Shown in pieces: positions 36,061 through 45,590 of a stretch of 64,000 nt of DNA (the stretch's first letter is position 1; each line of letters opens with the position of its first letter). The stretch lies in sequence record MZ501075; one strand, written 5' to 3'. This DNA is from Escherichia phage IrisVonRoten. Made by a program: the position numbers and the translations under genes. Below the pieces are notes generated by a model that did no database searches, had not been told where the DNA came from, and saw nothing but the letters and a program-made list of their open reading frames with translations.

Positions 36061-36104
36061 GATTGACACTAAGTCAACTTACTAGCAAAAGCAAATAATG
36101 ACAA

Positions 36105-36140
36105 AGCCCAGCCTGCACTTTTGCGACTGGGCTATTTTTA
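36105..36140 (+). terminator. Rho-independent terminator
   Basis: agcccag..ctgggct hairpin + TATTTTTAT. Confidence 0.55.
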
Positions 36141-36154
36141 TAATAAAATTTTAG

Positions 36155-36183
36155 TTGCTTAGATGCCCAAACTTTTGTATAAT
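36155..36183 (+). promoter_or_regulatory. T5-type early promoter
   Basis: ttgcttagatgcccaaacttttgtataat. Confidence 0.55.
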
Positions 36184-36214
36184 ATGTTTATAGATTGAGG
36201 CAAGAGGATTAAAT

Positions 36215-36913
36215 ATGAGGATTATTTCTAAGTTCTCCGATGTGTATGATTTGCAGAACAGTTTGTTTGACCCCGATCGTGTTTGGGAGCGTAAAACTGA
36301 AGAGTTACTGGTTAAGGTAACTGATGATGCAGAAAAGAACATTGTGCATACTCGCCAAGTATTTCGTGAAGGTTCACTATCTTTCCGTGGCGACTTCGAA
36401 TACTTTGTAAACCCACTGTTTGTTGCAGGTGAAGTTTACTGGTTACACGAGTTGTACTGCTGGCATCCAGCGTTTAGCTTTAAAACGTTCGACCTCGACA
36501 CTATGTTCGATAAAATGAAAGAGATGGGATTGCATGCTCGCTCTTACTTAATGGATAAGAGTCGCGGAGATGTTCGTGAAACAATGCGTGATCTGCTAGC
36601 TGAAGCAAAACCTAAAGCAGAACGTATCTTATCCGAACTACGTGTACCGATTGCATATGTGAAAGGTATTAAGAAGAACGATAACGATGATGTTCGTAAC
36701 TTCGTGATTCAGACTAACATTCGTTTTCATCAGTCAGGTATTCCGTGGCAGGAAATTGAAAGTAACTTATACCGTTTACACCAGATGATCGAGCAATATA
36801 TCTGGGGCGTGTTAGGAACCGGTGAACCAAATACCATTACGATTTCCGATAAGGATCGCTTAGCTGCACATGGATTTGATACTGTTACTTCTTTTAGGAA
36901 TATGAAAAGATGA
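36215..36913 (+). CDS. hypothetical protein (232 aa)
   Basis: ORF after RBS aagaggatt. Confidence 0.45.
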   Translation: MRIISKFSDVYDLQNSLFDPDRVWERKTEELLVKVTDDAEKNIVHTRQVFREGSLSFRGDFEYFVNPLFVAGEVYWLHELYCWHPAFSFKTFDLDTMFDKMKEMGLHARSYLMDKSRGDVRETMRDLLAEAKPKAERILSELRVPIAYVKGIKKNDNDDVRNFVIQTNIRFHQSGIPWQEIESNLYRLHQMIEQYIWGVLGTGEPNTITISDKDRLAAHGFDTVTSFRNMKR

Positions 36914-37335
36914 TAAAAAACTTTATTAGTTCTCTATGGCAAGGTAAATGGTATATCCTGGGAGCAGGTCTAGCGATAGGCATCGGGTTCGGTGCTTATC
37001 ACTTAGTAAATAAAGTGGAGACTTTGGCGGGAGATCTTGCGGTAGCTACTAAAAAGATTTCTTCTCTAGAGACTTCCCTTAATAAGGTGAAAGCTGAAAG
37101 CGAGCTTCGTGAGACTAGAATGAATCAGTATTTCACTATGAATAATATTTCGCAAGCAGATCTAGACAAAAAGATTAAGCAGTTAGATAAAGCTCTTAGT
37201 CGACAAGATATTATAGCTGCAAAGCCTGGATTGGTAACATTAATTGCTAAAAAGCAGAGTAAAGAGTTCGAGGAAAGATTAGCATGTCTTTCTGGTAGCC
37301 TGGAATACTGTGGGAATGAGCATAAAAATAAATAA
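36910..37335 (+). CDS. type-II membrane coiled-coil protein (i-spanin-like candidate)
   Basis: N-terminal TM helix then coiled-coil. Confidence 0.4.
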   Translation: MIKNFISSLWQGKWYILGAGLAIGIGFGAYHLVNKVETLAGDLAVATKKISSLETSLNKVKAESELRETRMNQYFTMNNISQADLDKKIKQLDKALSRQDIIAAKPGLVTLIAKKQSKEFEERLACLSGSLEYCGNEHKNK

Positions 37336-38014
37336 AGAAATCTTTAATAATGATTTAGAAGCTCAGGGCAGAACAGTAAGATTAGTTGGAGAGTATAAGC
37401 ATAATAAGACAAAAGCACAATTTAAGTGCCTTATATGTTCTAATATATGGTTAACAGCCCCTACAAATGTTAGGAATAAGGGTAGAGGGTGTCCAAAGTG
37501 TGCTGGCAATGAAAAATTAACCAAAGATAAGATTAACTTACTTCTTAGTCCTAGAAAAATCACATTACTAAGTGAATATACTAATTCTGCTTCTAAGTTA
37601 AAATTTTTATGTAATACGTGCTCCCATCAATGGGAGACAACTACCAACCATGTTTTACATGGTAGTGGTTGCCCAAATTGTGCTAAAACAGCTTGGGATA
37701 CTCAAGGATTTTTATACATATTTATATCTGATAAAGGTATAAAAATAGGAATAAGTAAGAATGTACAAAAGAGACTTTTAGAAGTTAGGTCTTGCAGTGG
37801 ATTTAAAGACTTGAGAATACTATCTTACTATCTTTGTGGTAATGGTTCAAAAGAAGAAACAGCTAAAATAGAAGCTGACCTACATAGTATCTATAAAGCT
37901 AAAAGATGCAATTATACAGGGTTTAGTGGTAGTACAGAGTTTTTCAATGTTCCCCCAAAAGAAGTAGAACAGTATATAGAAGCACATTATGAGGTGCGTA
38001 AATGCGCAAAATAA
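37310..38014 (+). CDS. zinc-ribbon repeat plus T5orf172-like domain protein
   Basis: Repeated CxxC..CPKC/CPNC units; C-terminal GFLYIFISDKGIKIGISKN..EFF. Confidence 0.5.
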   Translation: MGMSIKINKEIFNNDLEAQGRTVRLVGEYKHNKTKAQFKCLICSNIWLTAPTNVRNKGRGCPKCAGNEKLTKDKINLLLSPRKITLLSEYTNSASKLKFLCNTCSHQWETTTNHVLHGSGCPNCAKTAWDTQGFLYIFISDKGIKIGISKNVQKRLLEVRSCSGFKDLRILSYYLCGNGSKEETAKIEADLHSIYKAKRCNYTGFSGSTEFFNVPPKEVEQYIEAHYEVRKCAK

Positions 38015-38355
38015 AACTTGGAATACTGCTCGCAGCCGCAATCACAATCACAGGCTGTGCACAAGAAATAAAGCCAGAACCTACACATGAGCTACCAACA
38101 GCCCATGTGGATTGGCCTAAAGGACTTCAGCCTTGTAGCTTTGATTTCAAATTCGAAAAGAAATTAGCTACAAATGGCGAAGATGGCGTAGTAGTTGTTG
38201 TACCATATAAAGATTGGAATATGTTGGCAAAATGCCGGGAGGCAGAATATTCATATATCTCACGATTGACTAGTATGGTTTGCTTCTATCGCCAAGATTT
38301 ACAAGAAAAACGTTGCTTAGTTTACTATCCACCCATTAACAATAGGAAAGATTAA
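38002..38355 (+). CDS. lipoprotein (o-spanin-like candidate)
   Basis: Signal peptide with lipobox ITGC. Confidence 0.45.
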   Translation: MRKIKLGILLAAAITITGCAQEIKPEPTHELPTAHVDWPKGLQPCSFDFKFEKKLATNGEDGVVVVVPYKDWNMLAKCREAEYSYISRLTSMVCFYRQDLQEKRCLVYYPPINNRKD

Positions 38356-39107
38356 TGTCAGTATTAGTAGGTCTGCATGGTGAAGCTGGTTCGGGAAAAG
38401 ATACCGTTGCAAAATTAATTATCGATTGGTGTAATTACACGTATCCAACGTGTTTACCCCGTCGTTATAGTTTTGCTAAGCCCGTTTATGAACTTGCATC
38501 CGTAATCCTCGGTGTAACTCCAGAGTTTCTAGGAGAGCGCAGGGGAAAAGAGATTAACCAATGGTTTACGGTCACACAATCTCAATTGGAGCGAGCTAGA
38601 GACGTATGGTTTAAATACGGTATCGATAAGTTTGAAGACTTCTCGTACGTTTGGCCAATTTTTGAGGAAAAATATCTTAATCCTCAACAACTTATCTCAG
38701 AGAATAAAGAAGACGGACTTTATAGTTTATTTATTTCTACGAGAAAAATGTTACAGCTCGTAGGAACAGAGCTAGGAAGGCAGCTGGTACATGAACGCAT
38801 TTGGCTCATAATTCTGGAGCAATCCATCGCTAAAGACGACCCAGATGTCGCCGTAATAACAGATGTGAGATTCCCCAATGAAGGAGAGTTACTCAGAGAA
38901 ACGAACCATTTAGATATGGATTCTTTACTAGTAAATGTAGTGCCCGCTGAGCAGAAGTTCACTATTAAATCAGATCATCCATCTGAAAGTGGTATTCCTG
39001 CAAAATATATCACTCACGAATTAGTTAATAAATTCGATGGTATCAATAACCTTAAACTAGAAGTGTATAACTTCTGTGACTTAGAGCTAGAACCACTAGT
39101 TGGATAA
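38355..39107 (+). CDS. deoxynucleoside monophosphate kinase-like P-loop protein
   Basis: Walker A GLHGEAGSGKDT at N-terminus; 250 aa. Confidence 0.6.
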   Translation: MSVLVGLHGEAGSGKDTVAKLIIDWCNYTYPTCLPRRYSFAKPVYELASVILGVTPEFLGERRGKEINQWFTVTQSQLERARDVWFKYGIDKFEDFSYVWPIFEEKYLNPQQLISENKEDGLYSLFISTRKMLQLVGTELGRQLVHERIWLIILEQSIAKDDPDVAVITDVRFPNEGELLRETNHLDMDSLLVNVVPAEQKFTIKSDHPSESGIPAKYITHELVNKFDGINNLKLEVYNFCDLELEPLVG

Positions 39108-39119
39108 TCAAGGATCGCT

Positions 39120-39719
39120 ATGACTAATAAAAAAGAAGAAAAGACTAACCTGTTCCACTCCATTCGCCAATCTAATGAGTATACCTTCTTCTTTGATGAA
39201 GAACTTGGTCCGCCGGATGAATACCGTGATTTATCAATGGTACTTATGCAGGCAAATGAGGACGATGAAATTAATCTGATGATTAATGGCCCTGGTGGTT
39301 ATGTTGATACTGCTGCACAGTTATCTAACTTAATTGCTAATTGCCGTGGAACAGTTATAGGACACCTGATTGGCCCTAGTGCTTCTGCTTACTGCACAAT
39401 TTTTCTATCTTGTCATGGATGGGTAGTACATCCACATGCTACGCTAATGGGACACACGTTCTCTGGCGGGTTCTGTGAGAAAGGTCAAGAAATCAAGAAA
39501 GCCTATGAATCTTACAACAAGTTCGTAGAAGATATGATGCTAGATGTCTACTATCCGTTCTTCTCAATAGATGAAATCGACGAGATGGTAAAAGACAACA
39601 AAAATATCTATCTAGATAGCAAGGAAATCCATAAGCGTATTGAAATCTTGGCAAAATATCGATCTGAGCAATATAATAAAGCCCAGTTACCTCAATCCGA
39701 GGAGCATAACGAAGAGTAA
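39120..39719 (+). CDS. ClpP-like serine peptidase family protein
   Basis: INGPGGYVDTAAQ and GPSASAYCTIF resemble ClpP NSPGG / active-site Ser region. Confidence 0.45.
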   Translation: MTNKKEEKTNLFHSIRQSNEYTFFFDEELGPPDEYRDLSMVLMQANEDDEINLMINGPGGYVDTAAQLSNLIANCRGTVIGHLIGPSASAYCTIFLSCHGWVVHPHATLMGHTFSGGFCEKGQEIKKAYESYNKFVEDMMLDVYYPFFSIDEIDEMVKDNKNIYLDSKEIHKRIEILAKYRSEQYNKAQLPQSEEHNEE

Positions 39720-39728
39720 GTAATTTTA

Positions 39729-39758
39729 AGCCAGGGTTAAGTACCCTGGCTTTTCTTT
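39729..39758 (+). terminator. Rho-independent terminator
   Basis: gccagggttaagtaccctggc + TTTTCTTTT. Confidence 0.6.
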
Positions 39759-39821
39759 TATCTAAAATTCTTCTTGACAACGACAAAATTTTGTGCTCCA
39801 AAGAAAATCTTTAAAAACACA

Positions 39822-39850
39822 TTGTAATTTTCCTCCAAAATTAGTATAAT
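39822..39850 (+). promoter_or_regulatory. promoter upstream of holin gene (TTGTAA-17-TATAAT)
   Basis: ttgtaattttcctccaaaattagtataat. Confidence 0.5.
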
Positions 39851-39875
39851 GGTACTGGTTAGAGGAGGTTACAAA

Positions 39876-40532
39876 TTGGAAAAGTTCTTACAATTATTAA
39901 CAGTACTGCTCCAAGAAGCGAAAGACCCAGCATCGCTTCTTAAACGTCTGCTAACTATCTTAGTTGCTGTCATTATTTTCTTATTTGTTAGTAATACTAG
40001 TGAAGTGATGTCATTCTTAAAGACTTTTTCCACGTCTGCAGTTTTACAAGATTTACAAACCCAGAGGATAGATAACTTCCCTAATGTGGCGAGGGAAAAG
40101 AGCATGGTTCTCTTCTCTCAGACGGGTGCAGATGCTGTTTTTGTAGTCAAGTATAAACCAGATGCTATCAATGATTATTCCAATATTATTGCATGGGAAA
40201 GTAATGCGCAATTAGATAGGGCTGACTTGGCCGATAAAGCGGTAAATAAAACGTCTGAATTATACAGACGTCATTTAGAGGGCTTTAACTACGCATCGGA
40301 TTTAAGTGTAAGAGTAAATAAATATATGGGGTTAAATATACCTGCGTTTAAGAACGTTACTTTTAATTACATATACACTTGTCCGTACTTCAATCTAAAC
40401 AATATCTATGCTGGATATATTGGTATTGCTTGGAAAGATAATCCTGTAGATGCAGCCGATTCTGAGAAATTTAACGAGTATTTAACAAAGCTCTGTTCCC
40501 CACAACAGAGATCTTTAGGTAGATCAATATGA
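39876..40532 (+). CDS. holin (T5-type), likely TTG start
   Basis: 218 aa from TTG after RBS agaggagg; N-terminal TM helix; immediately upstream of endolysin with overlapping stop/start. Confidence 0.55.
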   Translation: MEKFLQLLTVLLQEAKDPASLLKRLLTILVAVIIFLFVSNTSEVMSFLKTFSTSAVLQDLQTQRIDNFPNVAREKSMVLFSQTGADAVFVVKYKPDAINDYSNIIAWESNAQLDRADLADKAVNKTSELYRRHLEGFNYASDLSVRVNKYMGLNIPAFKNVTFNYIYTCPYFNLNNIYAGYIGIAWKDNPVDAADSEKFNEYLTKLCSPQQRSLGRSI

Positions 40533-40942
40533 GTTTTAAATTTGGTAAAAATAGCGAAAAACAATTAGCTACCGTTAAGCCAGAGCTACAAAAAGTAGCT
40601 CGTAGAGCTTTAGAATTATCTCCTTATGATTTCACGATCGTACAGGGTATTCGTACAGTAGCACAAAGTGCCCAGAATATTGCTAATGGTACTTCATTCT
40701 TAAAAGATCCTAGTAAAAGCAAGCATATTACTGGGGATGCTCTTGATTTTGCTCCATACATTAATGGTAAGATTGATTGGAATGATTTAGAAGCATTTTG
40801 GGCAGTTAAAAAGGCTTTTGAACAAGCAGGTAAAGAACTAGGCATTAAACTTCGTTTTGGTGCTGATTGGAATGCTTCGGGAGATTATCACGATGAAATA
40901 AAACGTGGTACCTATGATGGCGGTCATGTCGAACTAGTTTAA
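40529..40942 (+). CDS. endolysin, L-alanyl-D-glutamate peptidase type
   Basis: 137 aa; matches T5 endolysin size; H..D..H zinc-peptidase-like residues. Confidence 0.75.
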   Translation: MSFKFGKNSEKQLATVKPELQKVARRALELSPYDFTIVQGIRTVAQSAQNIANGTSFLKDPSKSKHITGDALDFAPYINGKIDWNDLEAFWAVKKAFEQAGKELGIKLRFGADWNASGDYHDEIKRGTYDGGHVELV

Positions 40943-40953
40943 TTAATAACTTA

Positions 40954-40978
40954 GGCGGGAATATTCCCGCCTTTTTAG
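40954..40978 (+). terminator. Rho-independent terminator after lysis genes
   Basis: ggcgggaatattcccgcc + TTTTT. Confidence 0.65.
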
Positions 40979-41019
40979 GCAAAGGGGGCTTTAATAACTT
41001 TTGAAGATAGGAGAAAGCC

Positions 41020-41436
41020 ATGTTTGCAGAACTATTCACTATGATGCTACTAGGTATCTGGAAAATAAGTCTAGTAGTATTCGTTTTAATGATAGTCTTT
41101 ACTATCGTTGCATTAACTACCCGAAATAGCTTATTAATAAAGGTTATTCACGGACTAGAGTATATAATTATGGGTTCATTCGGCGTTTGTAAATGCAATT
41201 GCCATAGAGATACGAAATATTGTTGGTTATGGATGGAACTAGAGAATCCTATATCCATAGCTTTGGCTGTTTCATTCGGTATGATTCTTATGGCCCTTAC
41301 TCTAGCATTAATACCTTTGATGTTAGCTGGGGGAGTTACAGCGTATTTCACCCTTTTCTCCCCGATACTTATGTACTCAATTTATCCAATAACTATGTAT
41401 CTAGTTAGGAAAAGATTTATACATGCAGTAGATTAA
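41020..41436 (+). CDS. multi-pass membrane protein (138 aa)
   Basis: Several hydrophobic helices. Confidence 0.4.
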   Translation: MFAELFTMMLLGIWKISLVVFVLMIVFTIVALTTRNSLLIKVIHGLEYIIMGSFGVCKCNCHRDTKYCWLWMELENPISIALAVSFGMILMALTLALIPLMLAGGVTAYFTLFSPILMYSIYPITMYLVRKRFIHAVD

Positions 41437-41449
41437 GATAAAAAAGTAG

Positions 41450-41478
41450 TTGACTTTTAGCCCTAGTTATTATATAAT
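41450..41478 (+). promoter_or_regulatory. promoter (TTGACT-17-TATAAT)
   Basis: ttgacttttagccctagttattatataat. Confidence 0.55.
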
Positions 41479-41511
41479 ATATACATAAATTAGTTAAGAA
41501 AGGTATATATT

Positions 41512-41916
41512 ATGTCTGATCGTTTCTACACTCAAATGGCGGAACATTATAACATGGCCCCATATGAGTTGAACATCGCATTACGTGACCTCAATTCACC
41601 AGAGCGTAAAAAACTTGAGAAGAGGGCAGGAACTACTATGTCTAAAGGCAAGAAACTTACTCGTATTGATCTTAATAACATGCTGACCGAAATGCTTGGT
41701 GTGAATATTGAGGGTGCGAAGTTGCCTCTCAATGTTCTTGAAGCTATGTTGGATAAAGTAAAGAATAAAACCTACAAAAAGGTAGAAGTCCCTGAAGGGC
41801 GTTTAAAAGCGCCTTACCAGGCAGCATTAACAGAATGTTTAGGAACTACTCTAGATCTCAGCACTGCAACTGTTAGGTGCATGAAAAACTTCTTGGAGGC
41901 CATTAATAAATTGTGA
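41512..41916 (+). CDS. hypothetical protein (134 aa)
   Basis: ORF after RBS aaaggtat. Confidence 0.45.
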   Translation: MSDRFYTQMAEHYNMAPYELNIALRDLNSPERKKLEKRAGTTMSKGKKLTRIDLNNMLTEMLGVNIEGAKLPLNVLEAMLDKVKNKTYKKVEVPEGRLKAPYQAALTECLGTTLDLSTATVRCMKNFLEAINKL

Positions 41917-42452
41917 TAACACAAGAAAGATTAAAGGAATTACTAGATTATAACCCGGAAACGGGTGTGTTTACCCGGTTAATAAGTGTTGGAGGCCAAA
42001 AAGTAGGTAGTATTGCTGGTACTCTAAGGAAAGATGGATATATACAAATCCGAGTTGATAGAAATCGTTATTATGCCCATCAGCTAGCTTTTCTTTTTAT
42101 GGAAGGTTATTTACCAGAAATAGTAGATCATATAAATCGTATACGAAATGATAATAGGTGGGTCAATCTTAGGGAATCCAATAGTCAGAAGAACAACAGA
42201 AATAGGAACACTAAAAGTAAATCTGGCTACTTGGGGGTCTTCTGGGATACCCAAAAACAAAAGTGGAGAATAACTATTAGAGATTCTACAGGTAAAAATA
42301 TTCATGGTGGTTATTTTAACTACTTAGACCTAAGATTAGCAGTCCAAAGAGCTAACGAACTCAGATTAAAATTACACGGACCCGATGCTATTCTAGAAAC
42401 TTTCAACCCTACCAAGCTATTACCAACTTTAGAGGATTTAAATAATGAGTAA
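41913..42452 (+). CDS. HNH homing-endonuclease-like protein (paralog family, copy 2)
   Basis: MITQERLKELLDYNPETG..HQLAFLFMEGYLPEIVDHINRIRNDNRW. Confidence 0.6.
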   Translation: MITQERLKELLDYNPETGVFTRLISVGGQKVGSIAGTLRKDGYIQIRVDRNRYYAHQLAFLFMEGYLPEIVDHINRIRNDNRWVNLRESNSQKNNRNRNTKSKSGYLGVFWDTQKQKWRITIRDSTGKNIHGGYFNYLDLRLAVQRANELRLKLHGPDAILETFNPTKLLPTLEDLNNE

Positions 42453-42738
42453 TAAATTAGTCTATCTATTAAAAGGTTCCACGTGTCGTCCTTGTGCTCT
42501 TTTTGAGCCAGTATTTGATAAAGTAGTCAATGAATATAATTTGGAAGTCCATAAAGAGACTGATAATACAGAATTAATGCAGAAGTTCGGAGTAAGAGCT
42601 GTTCCTGTAGTAGTTCTGGCGGATCGCTTACCTAATGGTCGAGTAGAAGCTAATCATATTTTGATTGGACGTCAGCTTCGTAAAGAAACTATGCACGAAG
42701 CTATTAAAAATTTCCTGGACGATAATCCAGAGGATTAA
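42445..42738 (+). CDS. thioredoxin/glutaredoxin-fold protein
   Basis: CRPC redox-like motif near N-terminus; 97 aa. Confidence 0.45.
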   Translation: MSNKLVYLLKGSTCRPCALFEPVFDKVVNEYNLEVHKETDNTELMQKFGVRAVPVVVLADRLPNGRVEANHILIGRQLRKETMHEAIKNFLDDNPED

Positions 42739-42745
42739 TAAACCA

Positions 42746-42778
42746 AGCCTGATCTTAGCGGATCAGGCTTTTATTTTA
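42746..42778 (+). terminator. Rho-independent terminator
   Basis: agcctgatcttagcggatcaggct + TTTTATTTT. Confidence 0.65.
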
Positions 42779-42779
42779 C

Positions 42780-42808
42780 TTGCTTTTTGCTAAAAATTTT
42801 GGTACAAT
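42780..42808 (+). promoter_or_regulatory. promoter (TTGCTT-17-TACAAT)
   Basis: ttgctttttgctaaaaattttggtacaat. Confidence 0.5.
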
Positions 42809-42898
42809 ACTTATATAAATTGATGAGAAGGCTATCTTCGTATGGGTTCTAGTCATACTAAGGGCTATCTACGCACTACAAGAAATAGGAGTATTCCA

Positions 42899-43276
42899 AT
42901 GAACTATGCATATCTTATTATTAATAATAACGTAGTTTGTGGTACTCGCGCTGTTGAGATGGGTATTACAGAAGAAAAGTATAAGTCACTTCCAGAAAAG
43001 GAACAACAATATTATGTTGAAGAAGCTGCTTGGGAGTATGCTGAGGTTTATCCCGAAGAACGTGAAGATCGTCTTACTCTTGTTGTGTCTCTGGGTTTGG
43101 TTGGCTATGATACCGAAGTTGATACAGACCTAGAGACTTTGGAGGAGTGGGAAGAGTTAGATATCTCAGCTAAAAACTCCTTAATCCGTGAAGCCTTTTG
43201 GGAAGCTGTAGATTGCCACGTAGTATTTGAGCCTAATGATGAAGAGGCTGAAAAACATACCAACCATTGGAGATAA
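42899..43276 (+). CDS. acidic hypothetical protein
   Basis: Start at ATG after RBS aataggag. Confidence 0.4.
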   Translation: MNYAYLIINNNVVCGTRAVEMGITEEKYKSLPEKEQQYYVEEAAWEYAEVYPEEREDRLTLVVSLGLVGYDTEVDTDLETLEEWEELDISAKNSLIREAFWEAVDCHVVFEPNDEEAEKHTNHWR

Positions 43277-43280
43277 TTAA

Positions 43281-43526
43281 ATGTTAGCAGAGCAAGCAAA
43301 ACATTTAGCTAGGGTTAATAGAGCTGCTCTTCTCAAGAGCAGAAAGAAACCGTATAGATACGTTAAAAGACGGATTATATCTTCTGTAGAATGTGGTGGT
43401 TCTTATGTGCAGTTTAACCGTGATGAAATTAGTTATGAGGCCATAAAAGCCATTTATAAAGAGGGTTATACTCTCAAACTATCTAATAACTATGGTACAA
43501 CTATTTTAAATGTTATTTGGGAATAA
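43281..43526 (+). CDS. hypothetical protein (81 aa)
   Basis: ORF track. Confidence 0.35.
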   Translation: MLAEQAKHLARVNRAALLKSRKKPYRYVKRRIISSVECGGSYVQFNRDEISYEAIKAIYKEGYTLKLSNNYGTTILNVIWE

Positions 43527-43528
43527 TT

Positions 43529-44392
43529 ATGAAAAAAGAATTTAATGTGCATAAAACACTAGTAGTACCTGATGATGTTAACTTATTTTTTGTTGGTGAT
43601 ATTCATGGATGTAACGATTTACTAGAAGATGCACTACAATTAGCTGGCTATAACGGCAAGAAAGATTGCGTTGTATGCGTGGGAGATTTAATTGATCGAG
43701 GCACGCAGAACCTACAAGTTCTAGCTAAATTCTTATATAATCCACGTTTCTGTAGTGTTCGTGGAAATCATGACCAGTTTATGATTGTAGGAGATTGGGC
43801 TAACTGGATGTATAATGGTGGTATGTGGGCTATGAATGAGCTGGACGCAGATACCATTAAAAATATTGCCGAAGACATGGCTGAAAAACTTCCAGTATTT
43901 CTGACTGTGCTGCATCGTGGCAAGAAGTATGGTGTTGTTCATGGTGGTGTACCTTTTACATACAAAGAATGTGGTAACGAAGTAGAAACTCCAGTATGGG
44001 ATAACCTTATTGCACAAGTAGAAGCAGCTAAGGAAGACCCACATGACCATCCTGGATACCATGTTGAACCATATTTATGGGATCGAGATGTAATACAAGA
44101 AATAGGCTTCCATTTGTCCAAAAATGGTGAGGAACACCCCTACTTCCAGCGTTATGCAGGATTTAAAGAAAAATACATGGTAGAAGTACCTTCAGTTAGT
44201 GGGGTAGACTTTGTGTTTCATGGACATACTGGAGTACCTTACCCTATTTTACACCAAAATCGTGTTTACCTAGATACTGGCGGTGTCTTCAACGGGCAGT
44301 TGACGGTTGCGCAAGTTAATGATGAAACTGGGAAAATCACAACATTTACCACGCTTCGAGAAGATAGCTGTGGCATACAGAGGATTCTTTAA
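43529..44392 (+). CDS. Ser/Thr protein phosphatase (calcineurin-like metallophosphatase)
   Basis: GDIHG..GDLIDRG..RGNHD motifs. Confidence 0.75.
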   Translation: MKKEFNVHKTLVVPDDVNLFFVGDIHGCNDLLEDALQLAGYNGKKDCVVCVGDLIDRGTQNLQVLAKFLYNPRFCSVRGNHDQFMIVGDWANWMYNGGMWAMNELDADTIKNIAEDMAEKLPVFLTVLHRGKKYGVVHGGVPFTYKECGNEVETPVWDNLIAQVEAAKEDPHDHPGYHVEPYLWDRDVIQEIGFHLSKNGEEHPYFQRYAGFKEKYMVEVPSVSGVDFVFHGHTGVPYPILHQNRVYLDTGGVFNGQLTVAQVNDETGKITTFTTLREDSCGIQRIL

Positions 44393-44913
44393 TGAAAGTC
44401 TGCTTTTGGAGTGATCTACACTTAGGACATGCAAATATTACTAAATTCAGGCCAATCTTTTCTAGTATGGAAGAGCATGACGAATTTATTATGGATACCA
44501 TTACATCCATGAAGGATAAGCGTACAGTATTCTATATTTTAGGGGATGCATTTGTATCTAGAGATGGTTTGGAGAAGTTTGGGAAACTCTTCAGCAATGT
44601 TAGAACTACATTAGTTTTGGGGAACCACGACTTAGAACGAGAGGGGTTATCTTTCAAAGACTTAGTAGGAGTAGTAGATAGTGTACAATCCCTAGTTAAG
44701 TATAAAAACTTTTGGCTTTCCCATGCTCCAGTACATCCAGAAGAGTTAAGAGGCAAGAAGAACTTACACGGACATACTCACTTTGAGTTAATGGGAGACC
44801 CTCGTTATATTAACGTTTGTGTAGAGTATGCAAAATCACCGGTACGCCTGGAAGACATCATGAATGGTAAGTACACTTCTCATGATAAAACTAGCTGGAT
44901 GTTAAATGTCTAA
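44392..44913 (+). CDS. metallophosphoesterase (second, smaller)
   Basis: SDLHLGH..GD..GNHD..GHTH motifs. Confidence 0.55.
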   Translation: MKVCFWSDLHLGHANITKFRPIFSSMEEHDEFIMDTITSMKDKRTVFYILGDAFVSRDGLEKFGKLFSNVRTTLVLGNHDLEREGLSFKDLVGVVDSVQSLVKYKNFWLSHAPVHPEELRGKKNLHGHTHFELMGDPRYINVCVEYAKSPVRLEDIMNGKYTSHDKTSWMLNV

Positions 44914-45021
44914 GTATATAGCTGAGGCTATCATTAAACGAGTCATACAAGCAGTAGCAATACTTATAATCATTTGTATTGCTATTGGTACAGGATTAGG
45001 CATTTTAATTAAAAGTTTTAT

Positions 45022-45050
45022 TTGCTAAAATGCTTAAGTTTCTGTATAAT
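45022..45050 (+). promoter_or_regulatory. T5-type early promoter
   Basis: ttgctaaaatgcttaagtttctgtataat. Confidence 0.55.
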
Positions 45051-45080
45051 TACTTTATAAATTGATGAGAAGGAAACAAA

Positions 45081-45512
45081 ATGAACAAAGTTGATAAAGC
45101 TCTAGTTTTCGCAGCAGCAGATAAGTTTGAACAAGTTAAGGCAACTTTCCGAACCTTGTTTCAGTCTTACGTTCAGGATAAGTCTAACCCTATCTCTGAA
45201 CGATTAATGGTCTGGGAATGTCATGCTTGCAATGCCCTGCTAATTGCTGATTACCGTAGTGATATAGATAAAGATCTTTGTGAAATCCTTATCCCCGAGG
45301 AAGCAGAACGTTATCAGCTAATCTCTTTCCAAGATTTGGCAGAGCAGATCATCCCTGATGATCTTTGGGACAAATATTACGGTGATCCTGAAGACGAAGG
45401 AATGGCTCCAGAAGCATGTATTGAGTTAATCTGTAAAGATTATCCTGAAATTGCGGAAAAATTTGAAAAAGTTTTTGCTTCTGAGTTCTCTGGTGTTGTT
45501 AACGATTGGTAA
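45081..45512 (+). CDS. hypothetical acidic protein (143 aa)
   Basis: ORF after RBS gagaaggaaac. Confidence 0.45.
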   Translation: MNKVDKALVFAAADKFEQVKATFRTLFQSYVQDKSNPISERLMVWECHACNALLIADYRSDIDKDLCEILIPEEAERYQLISFQDLAEQIIPDDLWDKYYGDPEDEGMAPEACIELICKDYPEIAEKFEKVFASEFSGVVNDW

Positions 45513-45529
45513 GTAATTAAAAAATTCAG

Positions 45530-45558
45530 TTGCTTTAAGCCTTAAAATTCTGTATAAT
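45530..45558 (+). promoter_or_regulatory. T5-type early promoter
   Basis: ttgctttaagccttaaaattctgtataat. Confidence 0.55.
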
Positions 45559-45590
45559 AAGTTCATAAATTAATGAGAGAGGAAATTCTA

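Noticed and set aside
39849-39875. ATG at 39849 as the holin start
   Set aside because: This ATG lies within the -10 hexamer of the promoter; an in-frame TTG at 39876 follows a strong RBS (agaggagg) and gives a 218-aa product.
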